Shown here one piece after another: positions 1-10,378 of a stretch of 64,000 nt of DNA (the stretch's first letter is position 1; every line of letters begins with the position of its first letter). A program made the position numbers and the translations under genes. The notes below the pieces were generated by a model, which saw nothing but the letters and a program-made list of their open reading frames with translations, was not told the DNA's origin and did no database searches. Location: assembly GCA_965655095.1 (NCBI GenBank), contig OZ296650.1, positions 133,796,001-133,860,000 on the forward strand, in the 5' to 3' direction. This DNA comes from Haplodiscus bocki (Eukaryota).

Positions 1-22
1 CTTTCCCAACCAACATCGTGTT

Positions 23-3000
23 TTGAGTTGTACTTCCGTCGATGAGTACCTCCGCGAATCTAGAATGGCAGAAAATGGTGTTTTTGGAAGCTGTGTAGAA
101 ATATATTCATTTTGCCAAATCTTCAAAGTAGATGTTTTTTTGTACCATGTTCCATTCAAATCCTGGATGATTTATGAATGTTCCTCCAACGTAAATAGAA
201 AAGGAATTTTCATTCAACAAAACCGGAATGCAAATCACTTCGAGGTGATAACAGAGCTGGTTTCAATTGGTCCTGAAAGCTCCAGCTTATCGCAAGTTGC
301 ATCAATTAATCGCCCTCCTTCTCAATCAAGCGAAACTAATCATTGGAGTCAAGCCTTGCAGAACTGCGAAGGAACTGAAACTGAACCAGCTTCGAAAAAA
401 AGCAAAGTCAATTCTGATTACACCTGGGAAGAGCACCCTGACCCGCTCGCATTAAGTCTCTTCGCCAATTCTGTATCTACCAAAATGAAGAAACTTTCGG
501 CCTTGGAAACATTATCAACAAATTCAACGAACCTCCCAAAGAACGATTGTTCACAAATGCTGGAACCCCCATGTTTTGACTTTTCCCCAACAGATAGTGT
601 TTCAGGAAATATGCACACGAACGGCGAGTGCCCAAATTTGGGCGGATGTGACTGTTGCGCAAAATGCATGCGCCAGTCAACAGTTCTTTACCCTTTAAAG
701 TTGAAGTGGAAGAATAAATTTGATCTTAAAAACCGTGTGTTTGGAAACAAGCTAACGGAGCCCATTGTTGTTTTATGTAAGCTCTGTCTTCTCTATTGCA
801 CAACCGAAAGTTATGATTGGTACAATGCTTGGCCGTCTGTGTTTTTCAGCCTATTGAGTGATCAAGACATGCCAGTTAGAACCCAAATGGATATTTTGTC
901 TTTGTTACCTTGGGAATTGAGACAGCAGTGGATGACATCCATGCACTACTTTCCCCTGTGCGTTCAAAGATGTCTAAGTCGGAAACGGATTGCTGGGAAA
1001 TGTTCCGTTGATGGGACGCTTCGTTTGCGTCGTTTCCACGAACTCATGAAAACCTTGAAGCAGACTAACATTGCTCTTGCCCTGGACAATGAACCTTATC
1101 CCAACGTCCGCTGCCCATATGGGTGCTGGTGTTTCATTGAAGAATCAGGTTGGATACCCGCAAATCACTTCATCAATCTTTTTGAAAGAAACTTTACCTC
1201 GTTTCAGTCCTCCAGCTTCCTGCATCTAAGAGGAATTAGGTCCGACTTTTTGACACCATTTGTGTCCCTGCGCCAGTTCTTAGTAGCGACTACAGTGCGA
1301 GTTGATGAAAAAGCGGGACTCGTGGTTCAGGCTTGCTCCAGGCACTCAAGAGGCTCCAGTGTGCAGTACTTTCATCCGCCATCACATCCTTCGCTGGTGC
1401 GAACTACAGTGAATTATGAAGAACGTCTTAGTGCCATCGCACCCACATTGTCGTTCATCTCAAGCATAAAAGCCAACTTCGCCAGTCATACGTACCAATT
1501 GCTAAGAAGTGTTGGCTCTTACAGTGGAATGAGCACAGTCCGATTGAAGCGGAAAACGCGCTGGGATTTCACTAGTGACATTTTGTATCATGCTGAAGGC
1601 GTCGCTTGTCATTTCAGAGAAGACATCAAAACAATGATTCGTGAGTGGGTAAGACAGGGTAAAATCCTTGATGACGTAGCTTCGGGAATGCTGGATTATG
1701 TACCGGACAAAAAGAAAGTCAACAGTTGTTTGTCACAGGCCACTTCAATAGACTTACAAACATGCCTGAACCTCACGAAAATAGTGGAAATGAATGAAAA
1801 AGATTATCTCAACAATGTTGAGTCGTTGAATTGTTACACTCTCGTTCATGGGAATGATGATTACGGCTGCTCTCCACCTCCTCTGGAAAATAGAGTAAGC
1901 ATAGTATCGTGGATTGTGCAGGCTGCAGTTTGTGTTTCCCCAATACTTTGTCGATCCTTAGTGAACTCATCAAAATACAGTGTGACACTTAGGCCTTTGT
2001 TCACTTTACTCAGGAAAGTGTTGCTTGGCACCGCAAGAATGAATACAGCAAAAGTTTTATGGCTTGTTAGAAAATCCGAACAAGCAGTCTCAGCTGTCAT
2101 AGAACAAACTAACACTGATGACAAAACAGAGGGAACAACCGACTGTTGTTGTTTTGTAGGAGCAAGGTTTCTTTCAGAAATTTGTGACACCATTCAACAC
2201 GTTCCCTTAAACAAACGGAAGAATATCGGTTCAGCCACAACAGAGCAAGTTTCGTACAACATGACTCATGCCATTTTTACGAAAGGTTCCCCAAAAAATT
2301 TGCGGAACAAGGTGAAACCACCGTTAACCCTGATTATTTCCGACAATGAATTCGAATTGATTGCAGTTGGAACGAAGGATGGAAGCAGCAAGGGAGAACC
2401 GAGGTGGTTGGTTAGACATGGAGGGAGGTTTCAGGGGTTTTGGCTCATTGAGAAAAGTAAAAAATTTGCCACAAAAACAGAAGGCTCTCCGACTGATGCC
2501 CTGGAAACTTTCATTCGGGGTTATTGGACAATTGCAATTTATCAAAAGTCAAGAAATGTTGAATTGATTGATTTGAAGTGGAAATTTCTGAGCACTTTGA
2601 CAGGTCAGGGTATTTTTATTTGTGCACATCACACAATTCCTTTAACAAGAGGTTTCAGAAACAGTGGTTTCCAATGTAGATGTAATCGTGCATCGTTTTT
2701 GCGCTGCCCGCATTTGCAGTGCTACTCTTGCGTTTGCAAGCGTCTTTTCAATGAAGGTCTACAGCAGCAACACAGACGTATTTTAATTGATTCAGTACCG
2801 TTGGAGAAGTTAAATAAAACTAATTCCCCTTCTCTGGTATCGGAATCATCTTCGTCACGGGATTTTATTGAGCCCAACAGCATGCCTGCAAATGAACCAA
2901 TTCAACCAGATGCGGCAGCAGAAACGCTTGACATTGCATCAAGCAACAGTTCGTCCGTCAGTTATATTGTTCATCCGGAAACAAATGACGAAGAATTCGA

Positions 3001-6000
3001 AGATGACAACTTGAGAATAATGGCTACATTAAAAACCAACTCAGATGAAAAACTGATTTCCGTGGATCTTGAACGAAAAGAAGATGCCTTCAAACCACCG
3101 CTCCATATTCTTTTAAACTCACAATGCAATCTTCTTTATCGACGTAACGGGAATCCAATCAGCCTTTCTCTGAAAGAAAAACGTTTCCTGGAAAATATTT
3201 CAGCTGTTTCGACGTCTGCATTACCGCTCATTCAACCCGAAGCTCTTCTTTTTCCATCGATTTTTTGGTGTCAAGCTAGCAGCGGCAGTTTTCCAGGAGC
3301 AATACCAACGGCTTTATACAATTCATCCAAGTACAACAAACAGCTGGGTTTCGCCGGTTTGGATGACATGCTTCGAACTCGAATCAAGGACGGCTCTCTT
3401 TTGACATCTTGCAATCCTACTTATTTGCAGTATGTGTTTGATTGCCTCTTGAACATGCAGCTTCATAAAAGTGACATTAGGATAATACTAAATCGAGGAT
3501 GGCAAGAAGTTAATTCGGTTCCTCATAATTGCTCTTTTCTTTCGACTCAAACTTTCAAGTTTGATTGTGCCGAAAGTCGAAAAAATGTCTGCGAACTTGC
3601 GGCTTTGATTAGAGACAAAAATCCAACCTACTTTGTGACATACACTTGTAGTCAATCGACCCACCCGGGGATTCGCAAAATCTTTGAAGCACTGCATGAA
3701 ATGTATCCCGCAGAAACCACTCCAAAGGAAGTACTTGCAGCAGCAATTCAAGCTGAGCTCATGCCCATGCTCAGGTCTTGGTACCGCGCCTCTCAATATG
3801 TAATGGAATGGGTGAAAAATTCACCAGAAGAACCACTTGGTCCTGTGTCTCATATTTGGATGAGGTACGAATGGCAAGAAGAGACAGCTGGCTTTCCACA
3901 CTTGCATGCTATATTGTGCACACCAGAAGATAAATTTAGTGATGATGTACGATCTCGAGTTTGCTGTTCAAAACAAACGTTTTTGGGTGGCTTAGAAGTC
4001 AGTTGCCCCGAATTGAACGCAGTCGAACGTTTCCAACTGGGTGAACTTTACCAAAAGTATCAAACCCATAACTGTTCGAAAGGCCGTAAACGTTGCCATA
4101 AGAAGACAGACAGGCTGGACAAACCAATTTGTCGTGTACCTAAATATCCTCCTTCGAATTGTTTTTCTTTCAAGGAAATTCCTGTGAACTTTTCCTGCGA
4201 AACAATGGGACTTCTGCGAGAAATGGAACTGGCAGACATAGATGAAAACTCGCTATTCCCAAAAGTGAAAGATCCTTTAACGGCCGGAAAACATCATTAT
4301 CCCACTGTTTCTAACGAACATTATTCACCAACGAACGCTGCTCTTTTTGCTTTGACACAATCCAGCACCAATGTTCAAATATGTGACGACTACATGGCCC
4401 CCCGCTACGTTGCAAAATATGCAGCCGGCATTGAATCTCGAGCAGTTGCCAAAATTGTTGCTGGTGAAACAGAAAATAGTGTCAAAGTTTTAACAGAACC
4501 AATCGCACATGAAAAAATAGCTGGGGTACAGGCTTCGCAAAAGAAAATGAGAGGCGATGAAAAACAAAAATCTGTAACTGGTCGTGTGGTCAGCATAACA
4601 GAGTGTCTCTGGTGGTCCTTACAGCTTCCTTATGTCTGCACAAATGTCGATTTTGTTCACGTGCCAACTGTTCCCAAAGAAAATCGATCTGGAATTATCA
4701 CTGAAAAACGCTTTAGCAATAAAATTAAGTTGGGCGCCACGTTTATGGAAGGAATCCGAGTTCGGAAACACGTTTTACAACTTCCAAAGCACCGGCAGTT
4801 CACAAGAACACAAAGTTTTCTTCTTGCAGATGTTGAAAACAGCTCTATTTCGCCAGACAAAGTAACAGTTTTTGGACTCCGCCCACCTGAACTTTTGTTT
4901 GTCTCGAAGTTAAAAAATTACTACAGTTGGTTTGTTCGTTGTAAACCGCAAACAAAAAAATCCATCAGCAATCATGAAGTGTTCTTGAAGAGAAGCTTCC
5001 GCAGAAGTTGTTGGGTTGATGCATTGGGGTATTTGGTTAAACTACGCCCTTGTTCAGTGGACGCTTTCGTAAATTTCTGTCGTGCAAATGGTACCGATGG
5101 ACGGGATGGGATTCTGAAACGCGAAATGAGAATACACATTGTTCCGTTGCTTGTGACGAAAAAAGCATCACAATTTGTTGCTCACTGGAAGCAGTTGTCC
5201 GAAGAAGATGCCGTGGTTGTTTTCAGTAACGTTTTACCGAATAACCCAACTAAATTTCTACTACATGTGCTCTTGACTAATGGAGAATTTGACACAGAGA
5301 TGGACATTCTGAACGTGCAGTCTTTCAAAGAAGCTTTCACAACAGCTAAAATTATTCCAAGCTGTAACATAAACGCCAAGACCGTGCAAAATTTAACACG
5401 GAATTATTTGCTGAAACAGCTGCGTTTTGTACCTGGGTCCTCGAAACTAATTGACAAATACCTTTTAATGGCTCACAGTGTTCTTTCAGAGGCTCTGTTA
5501 GTAAACAGCCTTTATTTCGCTGCTGCGCTACCGCCTGTGCTGGACAGAAGTGTCATTGAAGAATACGAAGAATCACTAGCAGTGCAAATCAGTATGGAAA
5601 AATGCAAAATGGTAGCTTTTCTTCACACTTGTCAGAAACAATTACCTACTGAGCAGGCGATGCTAGATGCAACCATCACCGTCCCTTTACCTTGGAAACC
5701 AGTCATTCAGAAAAGCCCGGATCAATGTCGAAACTCTTATACGGAACAGAAGAGTGTATTAAACAAACTGTTGAGTTCCATCGACATTTATAAAGAAGGA
5801 CTTTGCAGTTTCATCAGGCATCAAATTGTCTTTGGACCTCCAGGAAGTGGGAAAACTTTCGTTGTGCTAAAATCGCTTGCATATGCTTTATGCCAAGGTC
5901 TCAACTGTGTAGTGACATCTTTGGCTGCTGAAAGATCTGCCGCTTTGGCTGGAAAACATCTGAATGCCCTCATCCCATTTCCAGTGGAAAAACACGCTTC

Positions 6001-7606
6001 TGCAGAATCGCTCTCGAGAACAGCCCTGTCCAACCTACAACGATCTCCTATTAAGAGCCGCTTTCTGCAAAATCTACACGTTCTTTTCGTGGAGGAATTG
6101 TCAATGATTTCTAGCGAACTTTGGGCTGCCACGGATTATGTGCTTCAGGTTATCACAGCAAATTATGTTCCATTCGGTGGGAAACTTGTTATTGCAACCG
6201 GAGATTTCTTCCAACTTCCTCCACCATCAGGATCTTGTTTGATGAGTTCTTCTTTTCCTCTCACAACGTTCACTTTTCTCAAACTGGAAAATTTCGTTCG
6301 CATGCAAAACAAAAATGGCCAAGAACTGTTGTCTTTGTTGTCAGCGACTCCAAAAACGGACGGCAATGCGAGGCGTATCTGGGAAATTATCGGTAAAGGT
6401 TGCAATTTTGTCCATTCATGGAAAGACGTGCCGAATGATAGAATTCGAATTTTTGCCACTCGACAAGCAGAACGTAAAGCAACTGAAGACAAAATAATCG
6501 ATGTTAAAAACAGCGGTACCCAATTTTATGAAAATGCGGCAATTGATGAAATGTGCGTTTCAAGCACTGACAACTGGACCGAGGCGTCGCCAAGTACATC
6601 AAAATTTCTCAACAAAAAGTGTCTTGAACCCCAGTCGTTGTTTCTGTACCCCGGAGCCATTTTACGACTAACAGTGAACATGCCAAATATATCCGCGTAT
6701 CAGGGTCAACTCTGTGTTCTGCTTTCTTTGGATACAATTGAGAATGGCTCTGTGACAATTGCTCTAGCACCAGCTGGTTGCCGAAGTATTCCACCGCTTG
6801 TTGTGATCAAAAACAAATGGCGTTGTGTTGTTATCGGCAAAGAAACTGGTGTTACCTACCGATTAAACCACAAAACGGTTTGCAGACGAATCCAGTTTCC
6901 ACTAAAATTATTTGTTGCGTCAACCATTCATAAGACAATGGGTGAAAGGCTTCCGATGGTCGCAACCCAAATAGTTGGATCGGAAGACTTCGCTTTGTGG
7001 CTTCCCGAACAACTCTATGTTGTAATGAGTCGAGTAAGAAGTCTGAATCAGGTGACTTTTGTTGGATCGAAGGAATCTAACAAACGAGCAGTCTTGGATT
7101 TAGTCTGCAAAAATTCGCAATGGGCTGAACTCACGAATGAAATTTTGACTAAAAGTTCCGCTGGTGACCCTACAATTGATCATGCAAGAGCATCTCCTTT
7201 TCCCCCTTCAATGAGAGAACTACCCGTTCAAAATGTGGGCTTCTGTTACTTGCTCCAAAGTGAACCACAGCAGCACCTTCTGTACATTGGCTCCACTATG
7301 TCGTTAGTGCGTCGTTTGCGAGAGCACAATGCAGGACTGGGTTCCTCCTTCACCAAGGTACAAAATCGTTTGCCCTGGATGGTTTGTGCTTATGTTACTG
7401 GTTTCAATTCGATTAATGCTTCAGAGAGAATCCGAGCATTCGAGAAGGAGTGGCTGAATGCGGCAACACACTACGTCAACGCAAAGAAGAAAAATGTGTC
7501 ACTTCCCACAGCTATCAATTTGGGGGAAATTTTCGCAAAAAATTGGCTATACAAAGAAGATGATTTGAAACTAGTAGTGTGCTGCAGGTCATCAACTGTG
7601 TCTTGA
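23..7606 (+). CDS. Helitron-like RepHel polyprotein: OTU (C-terminal part) - USP-like - HUH Rep - Pif1-like helicase - GIY-YIG nuclease; frame is open to the window edge, so the true start lies upstream
   Basis: OTU His motif NHFE. Rep motifs TYFVTYTC (3626-3649), YEWQEETAGFPHLH (3866-3907) and YVAKY (4406-4420). Walker A GPPGSGKT (5834-5857), VEELSM, GDFFQLPP, STIHKTMG, QLYVVMSRVR. C-terminal GFCYLL..YIGST..RRLREHN..PW..FEKEW. Bases 2-22 read FPNQHRV, matching unit C. Confidence 0.92.
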   Translation: MSCTSVDEYLRESRMAENGVFGSCVEIYSFCQIFKVDVFLYHVPFKSWMIYECSSNVNRKGIFIQQNRNANHFEVITELVSIGPESSSLSQVASINRPPSQSSETNHWSQALQNCEGTETEPASKKSKVNSDYTWEEHPDPLALSLFANSVSTKMKKLSALETLSTNSTNLPKNDCSQMLEPPCFDFSPTDSVSGNMHTNGECPNLGGCDCCAKCMRQSTVLYPLKLKWKNKFDLKNRVFGNKLTEPIVVLCKLCLLYCTTESYDWYNAWPSVFFSLLSDQDMPVRTQMDILSLLPWELRQQWMTSMHYFPLCVQRCLSRKRIAGKCSVDGTLRLRRFHELMKTLKQTNIALALDNEPYPNVRCPYGCWCFIEESGWIPANHFINLFERNFTSFQSSSFLHLRGIRSDFLTPFVSLRQFLVATTVRVDEKAGLVVQACSRHSRGSSVQYFHPPSHPSLVRTTVNYEERLSAIAPTLSFISSIKANFASHTYQLLRSVGSYSGMSTVRLKRKTRWDFTSDILYHAEGVACHFREDIKTMIREWVRQGKILDDVASGMLDYVPDKKKVNSCLSQATSIDLQTCLNLTKIVEMNEKDYLNNVESLNCYTLVHGNDDYGCSPPPLENRVSIVSWIVQAAVCVSPILCRSLVNSSKYSVTLRPLFTLLRKVLLGTARMNTAKVLWLVRKSEQAVSAVIEQTNTDDKTEGTTDCCCFVGARFLSEICDTIQHVPLNKRKNIGSATTEQVSYNMTHAIFTKGSPKNLRNKVKPPLTLIISDNEFELIAVGTKDGSSKGEPRWLVRHGGRFQGFWLIEKSKKFATKTEGSPTDALETFIRGYWTIAIYQKSRNVELIDLKWKFLSTLTGQGIFICAHHTIPLTRGFRNSGFQCRCNRASFLRCPHLQCYSCVCKRLFNEGLQQQHRRILIDSVPLEKLNKTNSPSLVSESSSSRDFIEPNSMPANEPIQPDAAAETLDIASSNSSSVSYIVHPETNDEEFEDDNLRIMATLKTNSDEKLISVDLERKEDAFKPPLHILLNSQCNLLYRRNGNPISLSLKEKRFLENISAVSTSALPLIQPEALLFPSIFWCQASSGSFPGAIPTALYNSSKYNKQLGFAGLDDMLRTRIKDGSLLTSCNPTYLQYVFDCLLNMQLHKSDIRIILNRGWQEVNSVPHNCSFLSTQTFKFDCAESRKNVCELAALIRDKNPTYFVTYTCSQSTHPGIRKIFEALHEMYPAETTPKEVLAAAIQAELMPMLRSWYRASQYVMEWVKNSPEEPLGPVSHIWMRYEWQEETAGFPHLHAILCTPEDKFSDDVRSRVCCSKQTFLGGLEVSCPELNAVERFQLGELYQKYQTHNCSKGRKRCHKKTDRLDKPICRVPKYPPSNCFSFKEIPVNFSCETMGLLREMELADIDENSLFPKVKDPLTAGKHHYPTVSNEHYSPTNAALFALTQSSTNVQICDDYMAPRYVAKYAAGIESRAVAKIVAGETENSVKVLTEPIAHEKIAGVQASQKKMRGDEKQKSVTGRVVSITECLWWSLQLPYVCTNVDFVHVPTVPKENRSGIITEKRFSNKIKLGATFMEGIRVRKHVLQLPKHRQFTRTQSFLLADVENSSISPDKVTVFGLRPPELLFVSKLKNYYSWFVRCKPQTKKSISNHEVFLKRSFRRSCWVDALGYLVKLRPCSVDAFVNFCRANGTDGRDGILKREMRIHIVPLLVTKKASQFVAHWKQLSEEDAVVVFSNVLPNNPTKFLLHVLLTNGEFDTEMDILNVQSFKEAFTTAKIIPSCNINAKTVQNLTRNYLLKQLRFVPGSSKLIDKYLLMAHSVLSEALLVNSLYFAAALPPVLDRSVIEEYEESLAVQISMEKCKMVAFLHTCQKQLPTEQAMLDATITVPLPWKPVIQKSPDQCRNSYTEQKSVLNKLLSSIDIYKEGLCSFIRHQIVFGPPGSGKTFVVLKSLAYALCQGLNCVVTSLAAERSAALAGKHLNALIPFPVEKHASAESLSRTALSNLQRSPIKSRFLQNLHVLFVEELSMISSELWAATDYVLQVITANYVPFGGKLVIATGDFFQLPPPSGSCLMSSSFPLTTFTFLKLENFVRMQNKNGQELLSLLSATPKTDGNARRIWEIIGKGCNFVHSWKDVPNDRIRIFATRQAERKATEDKIIDVKNSGTQFYENAAIDEMCVSSTDNWTEASPSTSKFLNKKCLEPQSLFLYPGAILRLTVNMPNISAYQGQLCVLLSLDTIENGSVTIALAPAGCRSIPPLVVIKNKWRCVVIGKETGVTYRLNHKTVCRRIQFPLKLFVASTIHKTMGERLPMVATQIVGSEDFALWLPEQLYVVMSRVRSLNQVTFVGSKESNKRAVLDLVCKNSQWAELTNEILTKSSAGDPTIDHARASPFPPSMRELPVQNVGFCYLLQSEPQQHLLYIGSTMSLVRRLREHNAGLGSSFTKVQNRLPWMVCAYVTGFNSINASERIRAFEKEWLNAATHYVNAKKKNVSLPTAINLGEIFAKNWLYKEDDLKLVVCCRSSTVS

Positions 7607-8183
7607 AAAGTCGTACTTTAGGAGAAAGCTGCCCAAAAACTTATGGATTAGTTTGAGATAATTGTTTTACTTGCACACAAACTTCCTTGCCTTGACAGCC
7701 ATACGCATCGACTGCATAGTGATGCAATGGTGAATTTCTCTTTATGTTATGCTGCAACCGCATCGGCTGCAGAGTGATGTACCAAGTAGCACGTGCAGCA
7801 ACATCAACCTTTTTGCTGGAAAATATAATGGCTCGACTGCATAGTGTTGCATTATCTATTTTGCAGTTGAGATGATTTGTTGCTAATCACTTGTCTGTGT
7901 CTGTTTAATTCATTAGTTTGATGGGATTGACTTTCACTGAACCTGATTTGATGGACTTTGATTTTGGAAGCACTAGAAAGAGTCAATTTAAAAAAGCGCC
8001 GTTAATTTTGGACAATAGAAATCAGCTAACTTTCAAGTTTTTTCGGGAAAAAAATATAATCATAGGTTAAATGACGAATTTTGACATTGTTGATTGAAGC
8101 ACTCTTGTTACTGTATCCCCGTATTCGGGGATGATACCTGAAGCTGCAGAAACCGACGTTTTTCACAGTGCTTCCAGATCATT

Positions 8184-8936
8184 ATGGCTCATTTGATCAT
8201 AACCGACTCTCTGGGCGTACAACTGGAAGGTGTGCTTGAAAATTTGGCAGTTAAAAGTTTTCCTGGCGCCAGAGCGGCGGACCGACGTGTAACGAGTTTC
8301 CTGGAAAATTTGCGGCGCCGCTTCCAATCCATTACAATTTTCATTGGAGGGAATGGCCTTTCCAATTGGGGCCGGCGTCCAGCTGAAAGTCCAGAACAGG
8401 TAAAGCTTAAGTGATGGTTCATGGGGTTACTGTTTGCAAAATCAAATTAGACGCTAGTAAAATTTGGAACGTTTTTGTGTATTGTTAAACCCTTTATTGA
8501 AGTACGTTTAGTAAAAATCTAGGAAAACGTTGTTTTCAATAGTAAGTCTTTCTACTGGTACTTTAACTGGTGCTACTTGCAAACTATAATTGAACCGTAA
8601 CTTTGTGTTTTTAATATCTCAACAGTACTTCATTTGCTTTTGTTGTTTTATTATTAGGTGTTCCATGATATCTTGAACCTTGTGAGAATTGCCGAGAGAA
8701 AATGCGACAAAGTATACTGCCTGGGCTTAGTAATGCGAAGCCGACCGTGCTTCCTTGCAGTGAAAGAAATAAACCGAATGCTGCGAACATCCATTGGACA
8801 CTACACTTACGTTTCCGTGTCATCTAAGATGTCATCTGAAAGAAATCTTAAAGACGGAGTGCATCTGTCTCAGCACGGCGTGACGAACATCCTGTGGATT
8901 ATAAAAAGACGGATTTTAGGTAACAAATGTGTGTAG
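8184..8936 (+). CDS. SGNH/GDSL-type hydrolase, 2 exons (8184-8399, 8658-8936), 164 aa
   Basis: Joining at CAG|GTAAAG (8400) and TTATTAG|GTG (8657) is in frame and assembles all four SGNH blocks: ITDS, FPGA, IGGN, DGVHL. Confidence 0.82.
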
Positions 8937-10378
8937 CAGTACATTAAGATGTTGAAAAACAGTATTGATTCCAGTAATTTGCGGTTGATGTCAACTTTCC
9001 AGCAATTGAATGTTTCTAGCTTTAAACTCTTTGGAATTTACCTATAGAAGGTTTACGTTTTTTCCATAAACTTCCATTCTAACACCAATGTCGTTTAGGA
9101 TACTCAATCAGGAGACTCTCCCATCGCAAAAACCGCTACGTCCACTGGAAGTGGTGAAGATCCGGCCCTGTGTTGTTGTAGGCTTCATTTGGACATTTCT
9201 GGAAAATGGAATTACAATCTTGGTCGTTGCACCTATGTTTCGAATACTCTTGGTAGTTTTTTCATGATGACACAATTTTGAAACTTTTTTTGGTGGTACC
9301 ATTAAAAACAAACAAAGGTGCTTTTTTGGTTTCCAATAATCTTGGCCAATTGACGCCGCTAACAGTGTTTTAATTTTGTTTTCGTGTCCTCTTCGATTTG
9401 TAATTTGTCAGTGATAAAATTGTAAAAAAGCTCGACCGCATGGTGGCCTCTACTTCTTTGAAGTTTTGAATTTTTTTTGTTCCACACACCTTGCATTTTG
9501 GCGTACATTACAACATATTTATTATTTTAAACTTTGTCTTCATGCCTCATTCAATTTAAAGTTGGTTTGTGATGACGTTGTAAGGAGTTCAACCGCATGG
9601 TGATCTGTACCTCTTTGAATTTTTGATGCTTCGTTGTCATTGGAACATTTTTTTAATGGTCGCCGTCCGCTATTAGTCGTCACAATTCCTTCATGTTTTC
9701 GCTGAAATAGTGTACTCCATAGTTACATTGTTTGTTAAAAACTTTTGGTAGTTTAAAATTTCGAAAGTGATCAACTAACCTCGGCCATACTGTTACAAGG
9801 ATTGTTCATATTATTTTGAATAAAGTTTTCTTTTGAAATGTTTGTTCTTATATTCGCAAAAAACGTTATAGCAAACATTGTGCAGCTTTGAGCTCGTATT
9901 AAACTTCAGTTGTCGAACATCTGCAATGAAGATATAATTTATAATCCTTAACTTTCGACAAGTTTTGTAGACAGGAAAAAAACCGATGTAATAACGATGT
10001 ATTTGAATGCATTGCTCACCATTTTTTTTCTTTTGCCTTGAGTGTTACTGATCGATAAAGCGTGATGCGTTGAACAGTAAGATAACTGTAAATGTAACAT
10101 AACATTTCGATGAAATAAACTTAATGATAAAGAAGATTTGAGAAATGTGAATAATTGAGAAACTTGTCATGCTTTTTTGAAAAACAGGTTGCTTTACTTG
10201 AAGCAATAGCGCTAATTCACTGGATTAAATGCTTGAAACCAAAATTACTTGCCTGTTGACTTCATTGAACCTTATAGGAAAATGCGTTCACAGAATCTTT
10301 AAAAAAGGAAAAAGCATGGTTTTGAATGTTCCAATTGTTCAATTCTCAGGCAGCTTCAACCACGTTTGATTTCAGACT

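Noticed and set aside
267-6794. Numerous 60-150 aa ORFs overlapping the polyproteins (here and in B, C and D)
   Set aside because: Antisense or alternate-frame shadows of long coding sequences with no independent support.
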